Below are positions 15,344 to 24,312 of a stretch of 25,638 bases of DNA, one piece after another (position 1 is the first letter of the stretch; the number at the start of each line of letters is the position of its first letter). The notes below the pieces were generated by a model. That model was not told where the DNA came from and did no database searches. It saw only the letters and a program-made list of their open reading frames with translations. The DNA is from a virus. Lineage: Duplodnaviria; Caudoviricetes. The DNA is taken from IMG/VR virus record IMGVR_UViG_3300038335_000075, positions 1 to 25,638 of that record. One strand, written 5' to 3'. Both the position numbers and the translations under genes were made by a program.

Positions 15344-16600
15344 ATGCAGACTACAGAACGATTTGAAAAGGTGGACATCGATCGCCTTGTCCCATACGCG
15401 AGGAACGCCCGCACTCACAGCAAGGAGCAGATTCTGCAGCTTCGCTCTTCGCTCCGTGAGTTCGGATTCGTCAACCCTATCATTGTGGATAGGGAATTGA
15501 ATATCATTGCGGGACACGGGCGGGTACTTGCAGCCAAAGCCGAAGGTTTATCGGAATTGCCGTGCGTGTTTGCAGAGCATCTGACTGATGCTCAGAAACG
15601 CGCTTATATCTTGGCTGATAACAAACTCGCCTTGAACGCTGGTTGGGACGAGGAACTATTAGCTCTCGAATTCGGTGAATTAAAAGACCTCGGTTTCGAC
15701 CTTGAACTCACCGGCTTCGGCCTGGACGAGATCGAAAAGTTGTTTGCTGCTGATGGCGGTGACGTACATGACGACAACTTTGATTTGACAGCCGCCCTTG
15801 AGCAGGCGGCTTTTGTTTTGCCGGGCGATGTGTGGACCCTTGGACGACACAGGCTGATTTGTGGTGACGCCATCAAGGCAGACACCGTCAAAAAACTAAT
15901 GGATGGCCGAAAGGCAAACCTCATCCTAACGGACCCGCCGTATAATGTGTCCTTCGAATCAGCCAGCGGGTTAAAAATCAAAAACGACAATATGGCGGCG
16001 GAGCAGTTTTACATTTTCCTGCTCTCAGCATTCAAGTGCTTTTACGAGAACCTTGCCGACGGCGGGGCTTTTTACTGCTTCCATTCGGATTCAGAAAAGG
16101 TGAATTTCTTCCGCGCATGCGTAGATGCAGGCTTTCACTACTCCACAACTTGCATTTGGGTGAAAAATGCTCTTGTACTCGGACGCGGCGATTACCAACA
16201 GATGCACGAGCCGGTACTGTACGCCTTCAAAGATACCGCTAAGCACAAATGGTACTCCGATCGTAAACAGACCACAATTTGGAACTTCGACAAGCCGAAG
16301 AAGAACAACGACCATCCGACAAGCAAGCCACTGGATTTGTTGGCGCATCCTATAACAAACAGCAGCCAGGCAAACGCCATCGTGCTGGACACCTTTGGTG
16401 GCAGCGGCTCAACACTCATCGCCTGCGAGCAGCTTGACCGGACCTGCTATATGCTCGAACTCGACGAAAAATACGCAAGTGTCATCCTGCGTCGCTACGC
16501 CGAATTCAAGCAGAGTAGCGGCGATGATATCACCTGTGAGCGCGATGGAGAAACGCTCCACTATGCAGATTTGGTAAAGCAGGTCGCCAGCCGCGAGTAG
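15344..16600 (+). CDS. ParB/Srx-domain N6-adenine/N4-cytosine DNA methyltransferase (beta class)
   Basis: ParB-like N-terminus (PYARNARTH, IIAGHGR, ILADNK); catalytic TDPPY, HPTSKP, SAM-binding DTFGGSGST; ATG 15344 after GGAGGT. Confidence 0.92.
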   Translation: MQTTERFEKVDIDRLVPYARNARTHSKEQILQLRSSLREFGFVNPIIVDRELNIIAGHGRVLAAKAEGLSELPCVFAEHLTDAQKRAYILADNKLALNAGWDEELLALEFGELKDLGFDLELTGFGLDEIEKLFAADGGDVHDDNFDLTAALEQAAFVLPGDVWTLGRHRLICGDAIKADTVKKLMDGRKANLILTDPPYNVSFESASGLKIKNDNMAAEQFYIFLLSAFKCFYENLADGGAFYCFHSDSEKVNFFRACVDAGFHYSTTCIWVKNALVLGRGDYQQMHEPVLYAFKDTAKHKWYSDRKQTTIWNFDKPKKNNDHPTSKPLDLLAHPITNSSQANAIVLDTFGGSGSTLIACEQLDRTCYMLELDEKYASVILRRYAEFKQSSGDDITCERDGETLHYADLVKQVASRE

Positions 16601-16632
16601 AAAAATCTATACCTTAAACCTACACAAAAAAC

Positions 16633-16693
16633 TTGCTATTACAGCCTTTTAGAGTGATATATGTAATCACCGAAAGGCAGCCTACGCCTTCGG
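16633..16693 (+). promoter_or_regulatory. Candidate internal promoter plus hairpin for accessory genes
   Basis: TTGCTA at 16633, TGATATATGT downstream inside GTGAT-N7-ATCAC dyad, then CCGAAAGGC...GCCTTCGG hairpin; spacing not ideal. Confidence 0.35.
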
Positions 16694-16721
16694 AATCTAG
16701 AGAAAAGTGGAGGCTTTTACC

Positions 16722-17453
16722 ATGAGAATCAACTACAACATAACTGGTCCGAAACGAAAATCCCTGGTAGCCGCAATCAGCCAGGAACTGAACGCCCCAA
16801 CACACTACCTCGGACCGCCGACCTTCGCCTATGGGGTGGGCGGATACCATATTGATAAGAACGGCGTGGTCACTGGTCCAGACAACCTCGACTTCGAGGC
16901 TGACCTTCAAGACCGCCACGGCTTTGAAGCGATAGAGCGTGAATACGACGAACGCGATATTTATGAAAGCGGACGTAGCGGCATGCTGGCCAGCGATATT
17001 CCCCAACCTGATGAAACAGATCAGCTAACCATTGAAATGCCTCTTTCCTTTTTCACTGAGGAGGGATTCGCCAATCTAGAAAAACTGATTGCAAGCAAGG
17101 CTGACCTGATCAAGAAGGCTCTAGGAGTAGATGCCCTTCCTATCGAACAGACAGAAAGCACACTCAAGTTCCCATGGTTCCGGTTTCCTGCCGGAAGTGA
17201 TGAAGTCGCTGCCTACTCTCGCTTCATCGGCGCGCTTTGCGCGGCAGCCAAGCGCCAGAAGCGGGTCACAGCGCATGAGAAGACGGTCGATAATGAAAAG
17301 TACGCCTTTCGCTGCTTCTTGCTGCGACTCGGCTTCATCGGGGACGAATATAAACAAGTGCGTAAAATTCTCCTGAGAAACCTTACTGGAAATTCTGCCT
17401 TCAAGTCAGGCAACAAGAAAGGAGCGGAGGTGTGTGATGAGGTTTCCGAATAA
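16722..17453 (+). CDS. Conserved prophage protein (family commonly auto-annotated 'virulence protein')
   Basis: RKSLVAAIS...YLGPPTFAY, NLEKLIASKADLIKKALG, FPWF, NEKYAFRCFLLRLGFIG...LLRNLTGNSAF; ATG 16722 after GGAGG. Function unknown. Confidence 0.75.
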   Translation: MRINYNITGPKRKSLVAAISQELNAPTHYLGPPTFAYGVGGYHIDKNGVVTGPDNLDFEADLQDRHGFEAIEREYDERDIYESGRSGMLASDIPQPDETDQLTIEMPLSFFTEEGFANLEKLIASKADLIKKALGVDALPIEQTESTLKFPWFRFPAGSDEVAAYSRFIGALCAAAKRQKRVTAHEKTVDNEKYAFRCFLLRLGFIGDEYKQVRKILLRNLTGNSAFKSGNKKGAEVCDEVSE

Positions 17454-17661
17454 TGAAACGGTCGATCGAGTTCGAAAGCAATATCCGAGGGGTACGAGAG
17501 TTGAACTGATAACCATGACCGATCCCTACTCTACCCTCAGACCCGGAGACCAAGGAACAGTGGACTTCGTGGACGACACAGCCACGATCTTTGTGTTCTG
17601 GGACAAGGGTTCCACTCTTGGTGTGGTCTACGGCGAGGATGCTATCAAGTCACTGATCTAA
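17437..17661 (+). CDS. DUF4314 family protein
   Basis: YPRGTRVELITMTDPY...GDQGTVDFVDD...WDKGSTLGVVYGED signature. Confidence 0.85.
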   Translation: MRFPNNETVDRVRKQYPRGTRVELITMTDPYSTLRPGDQGTVDFVDDTATIFVFWDKGSTLGVVYGEDAIKSLI

Positions 17662-17936
17662 CCAACGAATATGACCAATAACATGTCCTGCAAAGAGCTA
17701 TTCTCATTAAAAGCCAATATTTGCAATATTACAAGGCTTCCGAATGTCAACAGGCAATCGGAATCTACCGATCTCATCATGCTGAACTTTGTTTTAGGCA
17801 TCTTGCTTGATACGGTATTTACATTTGTGCCAAGTGATGATACCTTATTAATTGAAGCCACTTTATTGTTGGGGAAACTCTTTTGAGCTACACCCTTATT
17901 TGTAACAAAAGGTGGCTTTTTTATTGCCCGTACCAT
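17658..17936 (-). CDS. Possible small antisense ORF with hydrophobic C-terminus
   Basis: 92 open codons filling an AT-rich gap; no clear RBS, no recognisable family; a competing + strand ORF exists. Confidence 0.25.
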   Translation of the reverse strand: MVRAIKKPPFVTNKGVAQKSFPNNKVASINKVSSLGTNVNTVSSKMPKTKFSMMRSVDSDCLLTFGSLVILQILAFNENSSLQDMLLVIFVG

Positions 17937-18006
17937 TTATTACACGAGAAATGTACTTTTATACCTAATAGTATGGGGTATTTATAGAATTGATATTGAT
18001 TTCCAC

Positions 18007-18030
18007 CAGAGCCGAAGGCTCTGTTTTATT
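18007..18030 (+). terminator. Intrinsic terminator-like hairpin upstream of terL
   Basis: CAGAGCC-GAA-GGCTCTG followed by TTTTATT. Confidence 0.6.
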
Positions 18031-18052
18031 TTACGCGGAAAGAGGTTAGCTA

Positions 18053-19657
18053 ATGACTTATAAATACACACCCACACCGCTGATGCTTCCCACATCGCAC
18101 TACGACAAGAGACGGGCCGACTTTGCGGTAGGTTTCATCCAAATGCTCAAGCACACTACAGGGGAATGGTACGGTAAGCCGTTCCACCTCATGCCATGGC
18201 AAGAACAAATCATCCGGGATATTTTCGGGATTGTGGATGCGGATGGTTTCAGGCAATTCCGTACCGCCTATGTTGAGGTTGGAAAGAAAAACGGCAAGTC
18301 GGAGCTTGCGGCAGCGATCGCCCTCTATCTTCTATTTGCTGACGGTGAAGCTGGGGCCGAGGTCTACTCCTGCGCTGCGGACATTAATCAAGCAAGTATC
18401 GTGTTCAACACCGCCAAGGCAATGGTGGAGCAATGCGTGGACCTGCGAGATTTATCCAAACTCGTACCATCTACGAAGCGGATTATCTTCCCCCATACAA
18501 ATAGCTTCTACAGGGTGTTGTCCTCTGAAACCAAATCCAAGCAGGGTTTTAACGTATCAGGGCTTATATTTGATGAGTTGTTCGCCCAGCAAACCCGTGA
18601 GCTGTTCGACACCATGACCAAGTACACAGGTGATGCCAGACGACAACCCCTCTACTTCCTTATCACCACGGCTGGGCGCGACAAGACATCGATTTGCTAT
18701 GAAATCCATTGTAAAGCGAAAGCTGTTCTAGACGGTTCGAAGATAGACCCCGCCTTTTATCCCGCAGTCTTCGGTATTGAAGAGGAAGACGACTGGCAGG
18801 ATCAGCGCATCTGGCTGCGAGTAAACCCATCCATCGGCGTGACCATTCCTTTTGATACAGTACAAGCGGCTTACGAGCAGGCAAAGCAAAATCCCGCTGA
18901 AGAGATGCACTTTCGACAGTTTCGTCTCAATGAGTGGTGCAACGCCGATATTCGCTGGATGCTAATGGATAAATGGGACGCCTGTGGCGAGGTCTTGAAT
19001 CTTGAAGATTATGAAGGGCGTGAATGTTACTGCGGACTAGATTTATCCTCTACAGGCGATTTGACCGCCCTCGTTCTGGTCTTCCCACCGTGCTCAGGAG
19101 ATACGAAGTACACAGTCCTTCCGTTTTACTGGCTACCAGATGATGTTATTGATCTGCGCACCCGCCGCGATCATGTCCCCTATGCTGTGTGGAAAAAGAT
19201 GGGCGTGTTCAACACCACGGAAGGAAATGTTGTGGACTATGATTACATTGTGGCATTCATTGCTAAGCTGTCAGAGCGATTCCGTATTCGCGAAATTGCC
19301 TATGACCGTTACGGCGCGGAGAAAATGCGGCGTGATCTCGAGGAACTGGGAGCAGAAAACGGTTTTGTCGTTTTCCCTTTTGGACAGGGATTCATTAGTA
19401 TGTCCCCGCCCGCCAAAGACCTCTATCAGTTTGTGATGGAGGGACGGATTCGCCATGGCCGCCACCCAGTACTCGACTGGAACATGGCGAACGTCATAGT
19501 GGATCAAGACGCGGCGGGCAATATCAAGCCCAACAAGAAGAAATCCACTGAAAAAATAGATGGTGCAGTAGCGCTGGTCATGGCGCTTGCGAGAGCCACC
19601 ATTGGCGGTGGTATTACAGATAGTATTTACGATGAGAGGGGATTGTTGTTTATTTGA
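18053..19657 (+). CDS. terL: Terminase large subunit
   Basis: LMPWQ, Walker A GKKNGKS, Walker B LIFDE, ITTAG, nuclease GLDLSSTGDLTA and KIDG. Confidence 0.96.
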   Translation: MTYKYTPTPLMLPTSHYDKRRADFAVGFIQMLKHTTGEWYGKPFHLMPWQEQIIRDIFGIVDADGFRQFRTAYVEVGKKNGKSELAAAIALYLLFADGEAGAEVYSCAADINQASIVFNTAKAMVEQCVDLRDLSKLVPSTKRIIFPHTNSFYRVLSSETKSKQGFNVSGLIFDELFAQQTRELFDTMTKYTGDARRQPLYFLITTAGRDKTSICYEIHCKAKAVLDGSKIDPAFYPAVFGIEEEDDWQDQRIWLRVNPSIGVTIPFDTVQAAYEQAKQNPAEEMHFRQFRLNEWCNADIRWMLMDKWDACGEVLNLEDYEGRECYCGLDLSSTGDLTALVLVFPPCSGDTKYTVLPFYWLPDDVIDLRTRRDHVPYAVWKKMGVFNTTEGNVVDYDYIVAFIAKLSERFRIREIAYDRYGAEKMRRDLEELGAENGFVVFPFGQGFISMSPPAKDLYQFVMEGRIRHGRHPVLDWNMANVIVDQDAAGNIKPNKKKSTEKIDGAVALVMALARATIGGGITDSIYDERGLLFI

Positions 19658-19683
19658 TCGCAGCAACTGTACGGATGATTGCA

Positions 19684-20049
19684 CGGTACAACATCGGGAG
19701 ATGGCTTTTGACCGCTGGGGTGCAGTGCAGATGGTTCAAAACCTCGAAGGCTTGGCTTTAAGGTGGTTCCGCTTGGGCAGGGCTTTAAGGATATGTCGCC
19801 TCCCACCAAGGAACTGATGAAGTTGACCCTTGAGGAGAAAATCGCTCATGGCGGCCACCCGGCTTACGCTGGATGATGACAACATCTTCATTAGGACCGA
19901 CCGTGCAGGCAATGTGAAGCCTGATAAAGGAAAATTCACAGAGCGGATCACGGTGCGGTGGCGACCATCATGGCTCTTGACCGTGCGATACGCTGTGGCA
20001 ATTATAATGTCGCTTCAGTTTATGACGAAAGGGGACTATTGATTTGTAG
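19684..20049 (+). pseudogene. Frameshifted relic of the 3' end of a second, different terminase large subunit
   Basis: Stitching frames gives RYNI/REMAFDRWGAVQMVQNLEGL/GFKVVPLGQGFKDMSPPTKELMKLTLEEKIAHGGHP/LRWM/DNIFIRTDRAGNVKPDKGKFTERI/GAVATIMALDRAIRCG...SVYDERGLLI, colinear with the last ~125 aa of the intact TerL. Confidence 0.9.
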
Positions 20050-20290
20050 ACGAAATAGTCGATTAGTATATACTAATACTAATGAGCGTATTGTCCGGAG
20101 CAATTACGCAAAGATGAAGCATGATGCCCCGAAGAGCCATGGCAGGTGTTTGAAGACGATGGTGAGACAGTGACGATTTGAAACGAAGTCAGAGATACGT
20201 TGATGCGGCATAAAGAATTCCACAAAAGTGGTCACATAAAATGACATATTCAATATTGGCAAAATAGGTAGTAACAGTGCACCGCCAAAT

Positions 20291-20364
20291 CCAGCAGCAC
20301 TAGATTAAAAGAGTGGGCAAAGATAATTTCAAAAGTATATCGCCGCTCAACTCTATGCAGTTGG
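20291..20364. repeat. attC-like imperfect palindrome upstream of DUF1232 gene
   Basis: Left arm CCAGC-AGCAC-TAGATT...GAGTGG; right arm CCGCTC-AACTCTA-TGCA-GTTGG; related half-site TAAC-AGCAT-TAGAGTT directly after the gene's stop (20766-20781). Confidence 0.4.
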
Positions 20365-20396
20365 CTTGTATATGCTGATTATAGGGGCGTGAGAAA

Positions 20397-20765
20397 ATGA
20401 ATCTGAAAGATCGTGCCAAACAGCTAAAAATCGATATTCCAGCCGTGTTCATAGCTCTTAAAAAGAAGGAAACACCATTGCTGGCAAAAATCATCGCAGG
20501 GATTACGGTTGGTTATGCACTGTCTCCTATTGATTTGGTGCCGGATTTTATTCCTGTACTTGGATATCTCGATGATTTGATCATCTTACCTGCTTTGGTG
20601 GCATTAACAATCAGATTAATTCCGAATCAGGTGTTTGCGCAATGCAGAATTGAATCTGATGCACTTTGGGAGAATGGAAAGCCAAAAAAATGGTATTATG
20701 CCATACCCGTTGTGCTGATATGGCTGCTATTGGTTTTCTTCATCATCAAGACATTTATAAAATAG
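20397..20765 (+). CDS. DUF1232 / YkvA-family membrane protein (cargo gene)
   Basis: Signature YALSPIDLVPDFIPVLGYLDD; hydrophobic segments; AT-richer than flanking phage genes. Confidence 0.9.
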   Translation: MNLKDRAKQLKIDIPAVFIALKKKETPLLAKIIAGITVGYALSPIDLVPDFIPVLGYLDDLIILPALVALTIRLIPNQVFAQCRIESDALWENGKPKKWYYAIPVVLIWLLLVFFIIKTFIK

Positions 20766-20784
20766 TAACAGCATTAGAGTTCTG

Positions 20785-20811
20785 AGGACAATCGACTGGT
20801 TGTCCTTTTTT
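20785..20811 (+). terminator. Intrinsic terminator between DUF1232 gene and portal
   Basis: AGGACAATC-GACT-GGTTGTCCT followed by TTTTT. Confidence 0.7.
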
Positions 20812-20840
20812 CATGCCATTTTTTTAGGAGAGTGATGTCG

Positions 20841-22163
20841 ATGGGAATACTGCAAGGAATATTTAAGGCGCGTGACAAGCCTCAAGATGCCTTGGGGGGA
20901 AGCCGCTACAGCTTCTTTTTTGGTAGCACTTGTGCAGGAAAACCAGTCAATGAGCAAACCGCAATGCAAATGACAGCTGTATATAGCTGCGTGAGGATAC
21001 TATCAGAGGCAGTGGCGGGATTGCCGCTACACCTTTATCGATATAACGAGTCAGGCGGAAAAGAGAAGGCAATCAACCACTCACTCTATTTCCTCCTTCA
21101 CAATGAACCGAATCCAGAGATGACCTCCTTTTCGTTTCGAGAAACACTGATGAGTCATCTTTTATTATGGGGAAATGCTTATGCCCAGATCATCCGAAAT
21201 GGTCGAGGTGAAGTAGTAGCCCTGTATCCTTTAATGCCAAACCGCATGACTGTGGATCGGGATGCCAGTGGTAGATTGTACTACCTCTACACAAGAACAA
21301 CGGAAGATGCACCTACCTTAAGCAATAAGGCCAGCCAAGTGGTACTAAGTCCGACGGATGTACTACACATACCAGGACTTGGCTTTGACGGGCTGGTCGG
21401 ATACTCTCCAATCGCGATGGCCAAGAACGCCATTGGGATGGCGATCGCCTGTGAGGAGTATGGCGCAAAGTTCTTTGCCAACGGGGCTGCTCCCGGCGGG
21501 GTCTTAGAGCATCCGGGCGTGGTAAAGGACCCAGCAAAGGTGCGAGAAAGCTGGAATTCGGTGTATCAGGGTAGCGGCAATTCTCATCGTGTCGCAGTGC
21601 TTGAGGAAGGGATGAAGTATCAACCGGTCGGGATCTCACCGGAGCAGGCTCAGTTCTTAGAAACACGCAAGTTTCAGATTAACGAGATTGCCCGTATTTA
21701 TCGGATTCCGCCACATATGATAGGCGATCTTGAAAAATCAAGTTTCTCGAACATAGAGCAACAGTCCTTGGAGTTTGTGAAGTATACCCTCGACCCATGG
21801 GTGGTTCGCTGGGAGCAAACCATGCACCGTTTGCTTTTTACAGCTGATGAGAAAAAACAATACTTCATTAAGTTTAATGTCGATGGGCTGCTTCGCGGAG
21901 ATTATGTGAGCCGCATGAACGGATATGCCACAGGAAGACAAAATGGCTGGCTTTCAACTAATGACATTCGGGAACTGGAAGATCTAGATCGCATATCTTC
22001 TGAGCTTGGCGGCGACCTATATCTTGTAAACGGCAACATGACAAAGCTCTCTGATGCAGGCATTTTCGCCAATACTAAAACACAAAAGGAGGAAGAAACC
22101 ATTGAAAGTACCGATGCCAAATCCAAATCCAGAAAACGCGCAATCCAAAGTCCCGAACCCTAA
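20841..22163 (+). CDS. HK97-family portal protein
   Basis: AVYSCVRILSEAVAGLP, LLWGNAYA, GLVGYSPI, VLEEGMKY, IARIYRIPPHMIG, SFSNIEQQ. Start could also be 20832 or 20835. Confidence 0.95.
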   Translation: MGILQGIFKARDKPQDALGGSRYSFFFGSTCAGKPVNEQTAMQMTAVYSCVRILSEAVAGLPLHLYRYNESGGKEKAINHSLYFLLHNEPNPEMTSFSFRETLMSHLLLWGNAYAQIIRNGRGEVVALYPLMPNRMTVDRDASGRLYYLYTRTTEDAPTLSNKASQVVLSPTDVLHIPGLGFDGLVGYSPIAMAKNAIGMAIACEEYGAKFFANGAAPGGVLEHPGVVKDPAKVRESWNSVYQGSGNSHRVAVLEEGMKYQPVGISPEQAQFLETRKFQINEIARIYRIPPHMIGDLEKSSFSNIEQQSLEFVKYTLDPWVVRWEQTMHRLLFTADEKKQYFIKFNVDGLLRGDYVSRMNGYATGRQNGWLSTNDIRELEDLDRISSELGGDLYLVNGNMTKLSDAGIFANTKTQKEEETIESTDAKSKSRKRAIQSPEP

Positions 22164-22866
22164 TAGCTTGCGGTTTTGGGACTGGGCCAAAAACGAGGAC
22201 GAAACTCGCACTCTGTTTCTAAATGGGGCGATCGCCGAAGAGAGTTGGTTTGACGATGATGTCTCCCCAGCTCTTTTTCGTTCCGAGCTAGTAAGCGGGA
22301 CCGGCGACATCGTGGTCTGGATCAATTCGCCCGGGGGTGACTGCATTGCAGCCGCTCAGATCTACAACATGCTCATGGATTATAAGGGGAATGTGACCGT
22401 TAAAATCGATGGCATTGCAGCGAGCGCGGCCTCGGTTGTGGCAATGGCTGGAACCAAAGTCTTGATGTCTCCAGCCTCGCTTCTGATGGTGCATAATCCG
22501 CTCACCATTGCGATCGGCGACAGCGAGGAGATGCGAAAAGCCATCGCGATGCTGGATGAAGTAAAAGAAAGCATCATTAACGCCTACGAGATCAAGACCG
22601 GCATGTCAAGGACAAGACTCGCTCACCTCATGGATGCAGAGACATGGCTAAACGCCAACAAAGCGATGGAGTATGGCTTCGCTGACGGTATCTTATTTAA
22701 AGATAGCACAGAGGTCTCCGATGCCATGCCGCAGGACGGATTTCTCTTTAGCAGACGTGCCGTCACCAATTCACTTATAAGCAAAATCAACCTGAAACTG
22801 CCGCCTGAGAAAACAGGCAAACCCGTTACCGAGTTCGACAAGAGATTGAATCTGCTAAAGATTTAG
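22102..22866 (+). CDS. ClpP-like (S14) prohead maturation protease
   Basis: WINSPGGD, GIAASAAS (catalytic Ser), MVHNP (His), MDAETW; TTG 22102 lies 9 nt after AAGGAGG and overlaps the portal 3' end. Confidence 0.92.
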   Translation: MKVPMPNPNPENAQSKVPNPNSLRFWDWAKNEDETRTLFLNGAIAEESWFDDDVSPALFRSELVSGTGDIVVWINSPGGDCIAAAQIYNMLMDYKGNVTVKIDGIAASAASVVAMAGTKVLMSPASLLMVHNPLTIAIGDSEEMRKAIAMLDEVKESIINAYEIKTGMSRTRLAHLMDAETWLNANKAMEYGFADGILFKDSTEVSDAMPQDGFLFSRRAVTNSLISKINLKLPPEKTGKPVTEFDKRLNLLKI

Positions 22867-22876
22867 GAGGAGTAAT

Positions 22877-24073
22877 ATGAACAAGATTTTAGAATTACGT
22901 GAGAAGAGAGCCAAAGCTTGGGAGGCCGCGAAAGCGTTTTTGGACACCAAGCGCGGTACGGACGGCCTTATGTCAGAGGAAGACGTAGCCAACTACGAAA
23001 AGATGGAAACCGATGTTGTAAATCTCGGAAAAGAAATCGATCGCTTGGAAAGGCAGCGAGCCCTGGACAACGAGCTATCAAAACCGGTCAATGCACCACT
23101 AACAGATAAACCTTCGGTCCCTTCTGCTGAAACCAAAAAAGGCAGAGCCAGTGACGAGTATAAGCAGGTGTTTTGGAATGCGATGCGCAACAAAGGTAGT
23201 TATGAGATGCGAAACGCCCTGGAGGTAGGCACGGATTCAGAAGGCGGATACCTTGTACCAGAGGAATTCGAACGAACCTTGATCGAAGCGCTCTTAGAAG
23301 AAAACATCTTTCGAAGCATCGCAAAAGTCATCAATACTTCCTCGGTCGACCGGAAGATTCCCGTGGTCGCCTCAAAGGGAACAGCGTCATGGGTTGACGA
23401 AGAGGGTGAGATCCCCGAATCTGACGATGCTTTCGGCCAAGTTTCGATTGGAGCCTATAAACTAGCTACAATGATCAAAGTCTCCGAAGAGCTATTAAAC
23501 GATAGCGTCTTCAATTTGGAAAGCTATATCGCAAAGGAATTTGCAAGACGCATTGGGGCTAAGGAAGAAGAGGCCTTTTTCATCGGGGACGGTACAGGAA
23601 AACCAACCGGGATCTTCCATACGACGGGGGGAGCGCAACTGGGTACTACTACAGCATCTGCCACTGCACTTACGGTTGATGAGGTTATGGACCTATTCTA
23701 TAGCTTAAAGTCCCCGTACAGGAAAAACGCCATCTTTGTAATGAATGACGCAACTGTTAAGGTTATCCGAAAACTAAAAGACGGAAATGGCCAGTACATA
23801 TGGCAGCCTTCGCTCACGGCGAGTCAGCCGGACATGATCCTAAATCGACCGGTCAAGACTTCATCTTATGTGCCGACCATCGAAGCTGCCGCAAAGACCA
23901 TCGCCTTTGGCGACTTTGGATACTACTGGGTGGCTGATCGTCAAGGCAGAGCGTTTAAACGACTGAACGAACTATTCGCAGCGACGGGGCAGGTAGGGTT
24001 TATGGCAACCCAGAGAGTCGACGGAAAGCTAATCCTTTCCGAAGCCATTAAAGTCCTGCAGCAGAAAGCGTAG
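22877..24073 (+). CDS. HK97-family major capsid protein
   Basis: N-terminal coiled-coil delta domain, EGGYLVPEEF, VSEELLNDS, GDGTGKPTG, LKDGNGQYIWQP, IAFGDF, QRVDGK. Confidence 0.96.
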   Translation: MNKILELREKRAKAWEAAKAFLDTKRGTDGLMSEEDVANYEKMETDVVNLGKEIDRLERQRALDNELSKPVNAPLTDKPSVPSAETKKGRASDEYKQVFWNAMRNKGSYEMRNALEVGTDSEGGYLVPEEFERTLIEALLEENIFRSIAKVINTSSVDRKIPVVASKGTASWVDEEGEIPESDDAFGQVSIGAYKLATMIKVSEELLNDSVFNLESYIAKEFARRIGAKEEEAFFIGDGTGKPTGIFHTTGGAQLGTTTASATALTVDEVMDLFYSLKSPYRKNAIFVMNDATVKVIRKLKDGNGQYIWQPSLTASQPDMILNRPVKTSSYVPTIEAAAKTIAFGDFGYYWVADRQGRAFKRLNELFAATGQVGFMATQRVDGKLILSEAIKVLQQKA

Positions 24074-24083
24074 GTGAGCCTTG

Positions 24084-24293
24084 ATGAGTAACGTGAAAAA
24101 TTACACCGAGCAAGGCGGAGAAAAGACCGTCATCGGTGGAACGCTTGCGATCGTGGAGGGCGGCCAGATTACTGGGCTGCCCTTCTCTGAATTTCAAGCA
24201 GACAGCACAGCAACTACGATTGCTGGCTTAGTGATTGACTTTAATGCCCTGCTTGCCAAGCTCAAGGCAGCAGGGTTGATGGCAACGGAATAA
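24084..24293 (+). CDS. Head fibre / capsid decoration-type small protein
   Basis: NVKNYTEQGGEKTVIGG...STATTIAGLVIDFNALLAKLKAAGLM pattern, directly after capsid gene. Confidence 0.7.
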   Translation: MSNVKNYTEQGGEKTVIGGTLAIVEGGQITGLPFSEFQADSTATTIAGLVIDFNALLAKLKAAGLMATE

Positions 24294-24312
24294 TAACGGG
24301 GAGGTAGGTGCG

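Noticed and set aside
17671-17886. 71-aa + strand ORF
   Set aside because: No RBS or family motif; wholly overlapped by an equally weak minus-strand ORF.
19587-20173. Three short + strand ORFs (19587, 19830, 19958) as genes
   Set aside because: They are frame fragments of the decayed terL relic.
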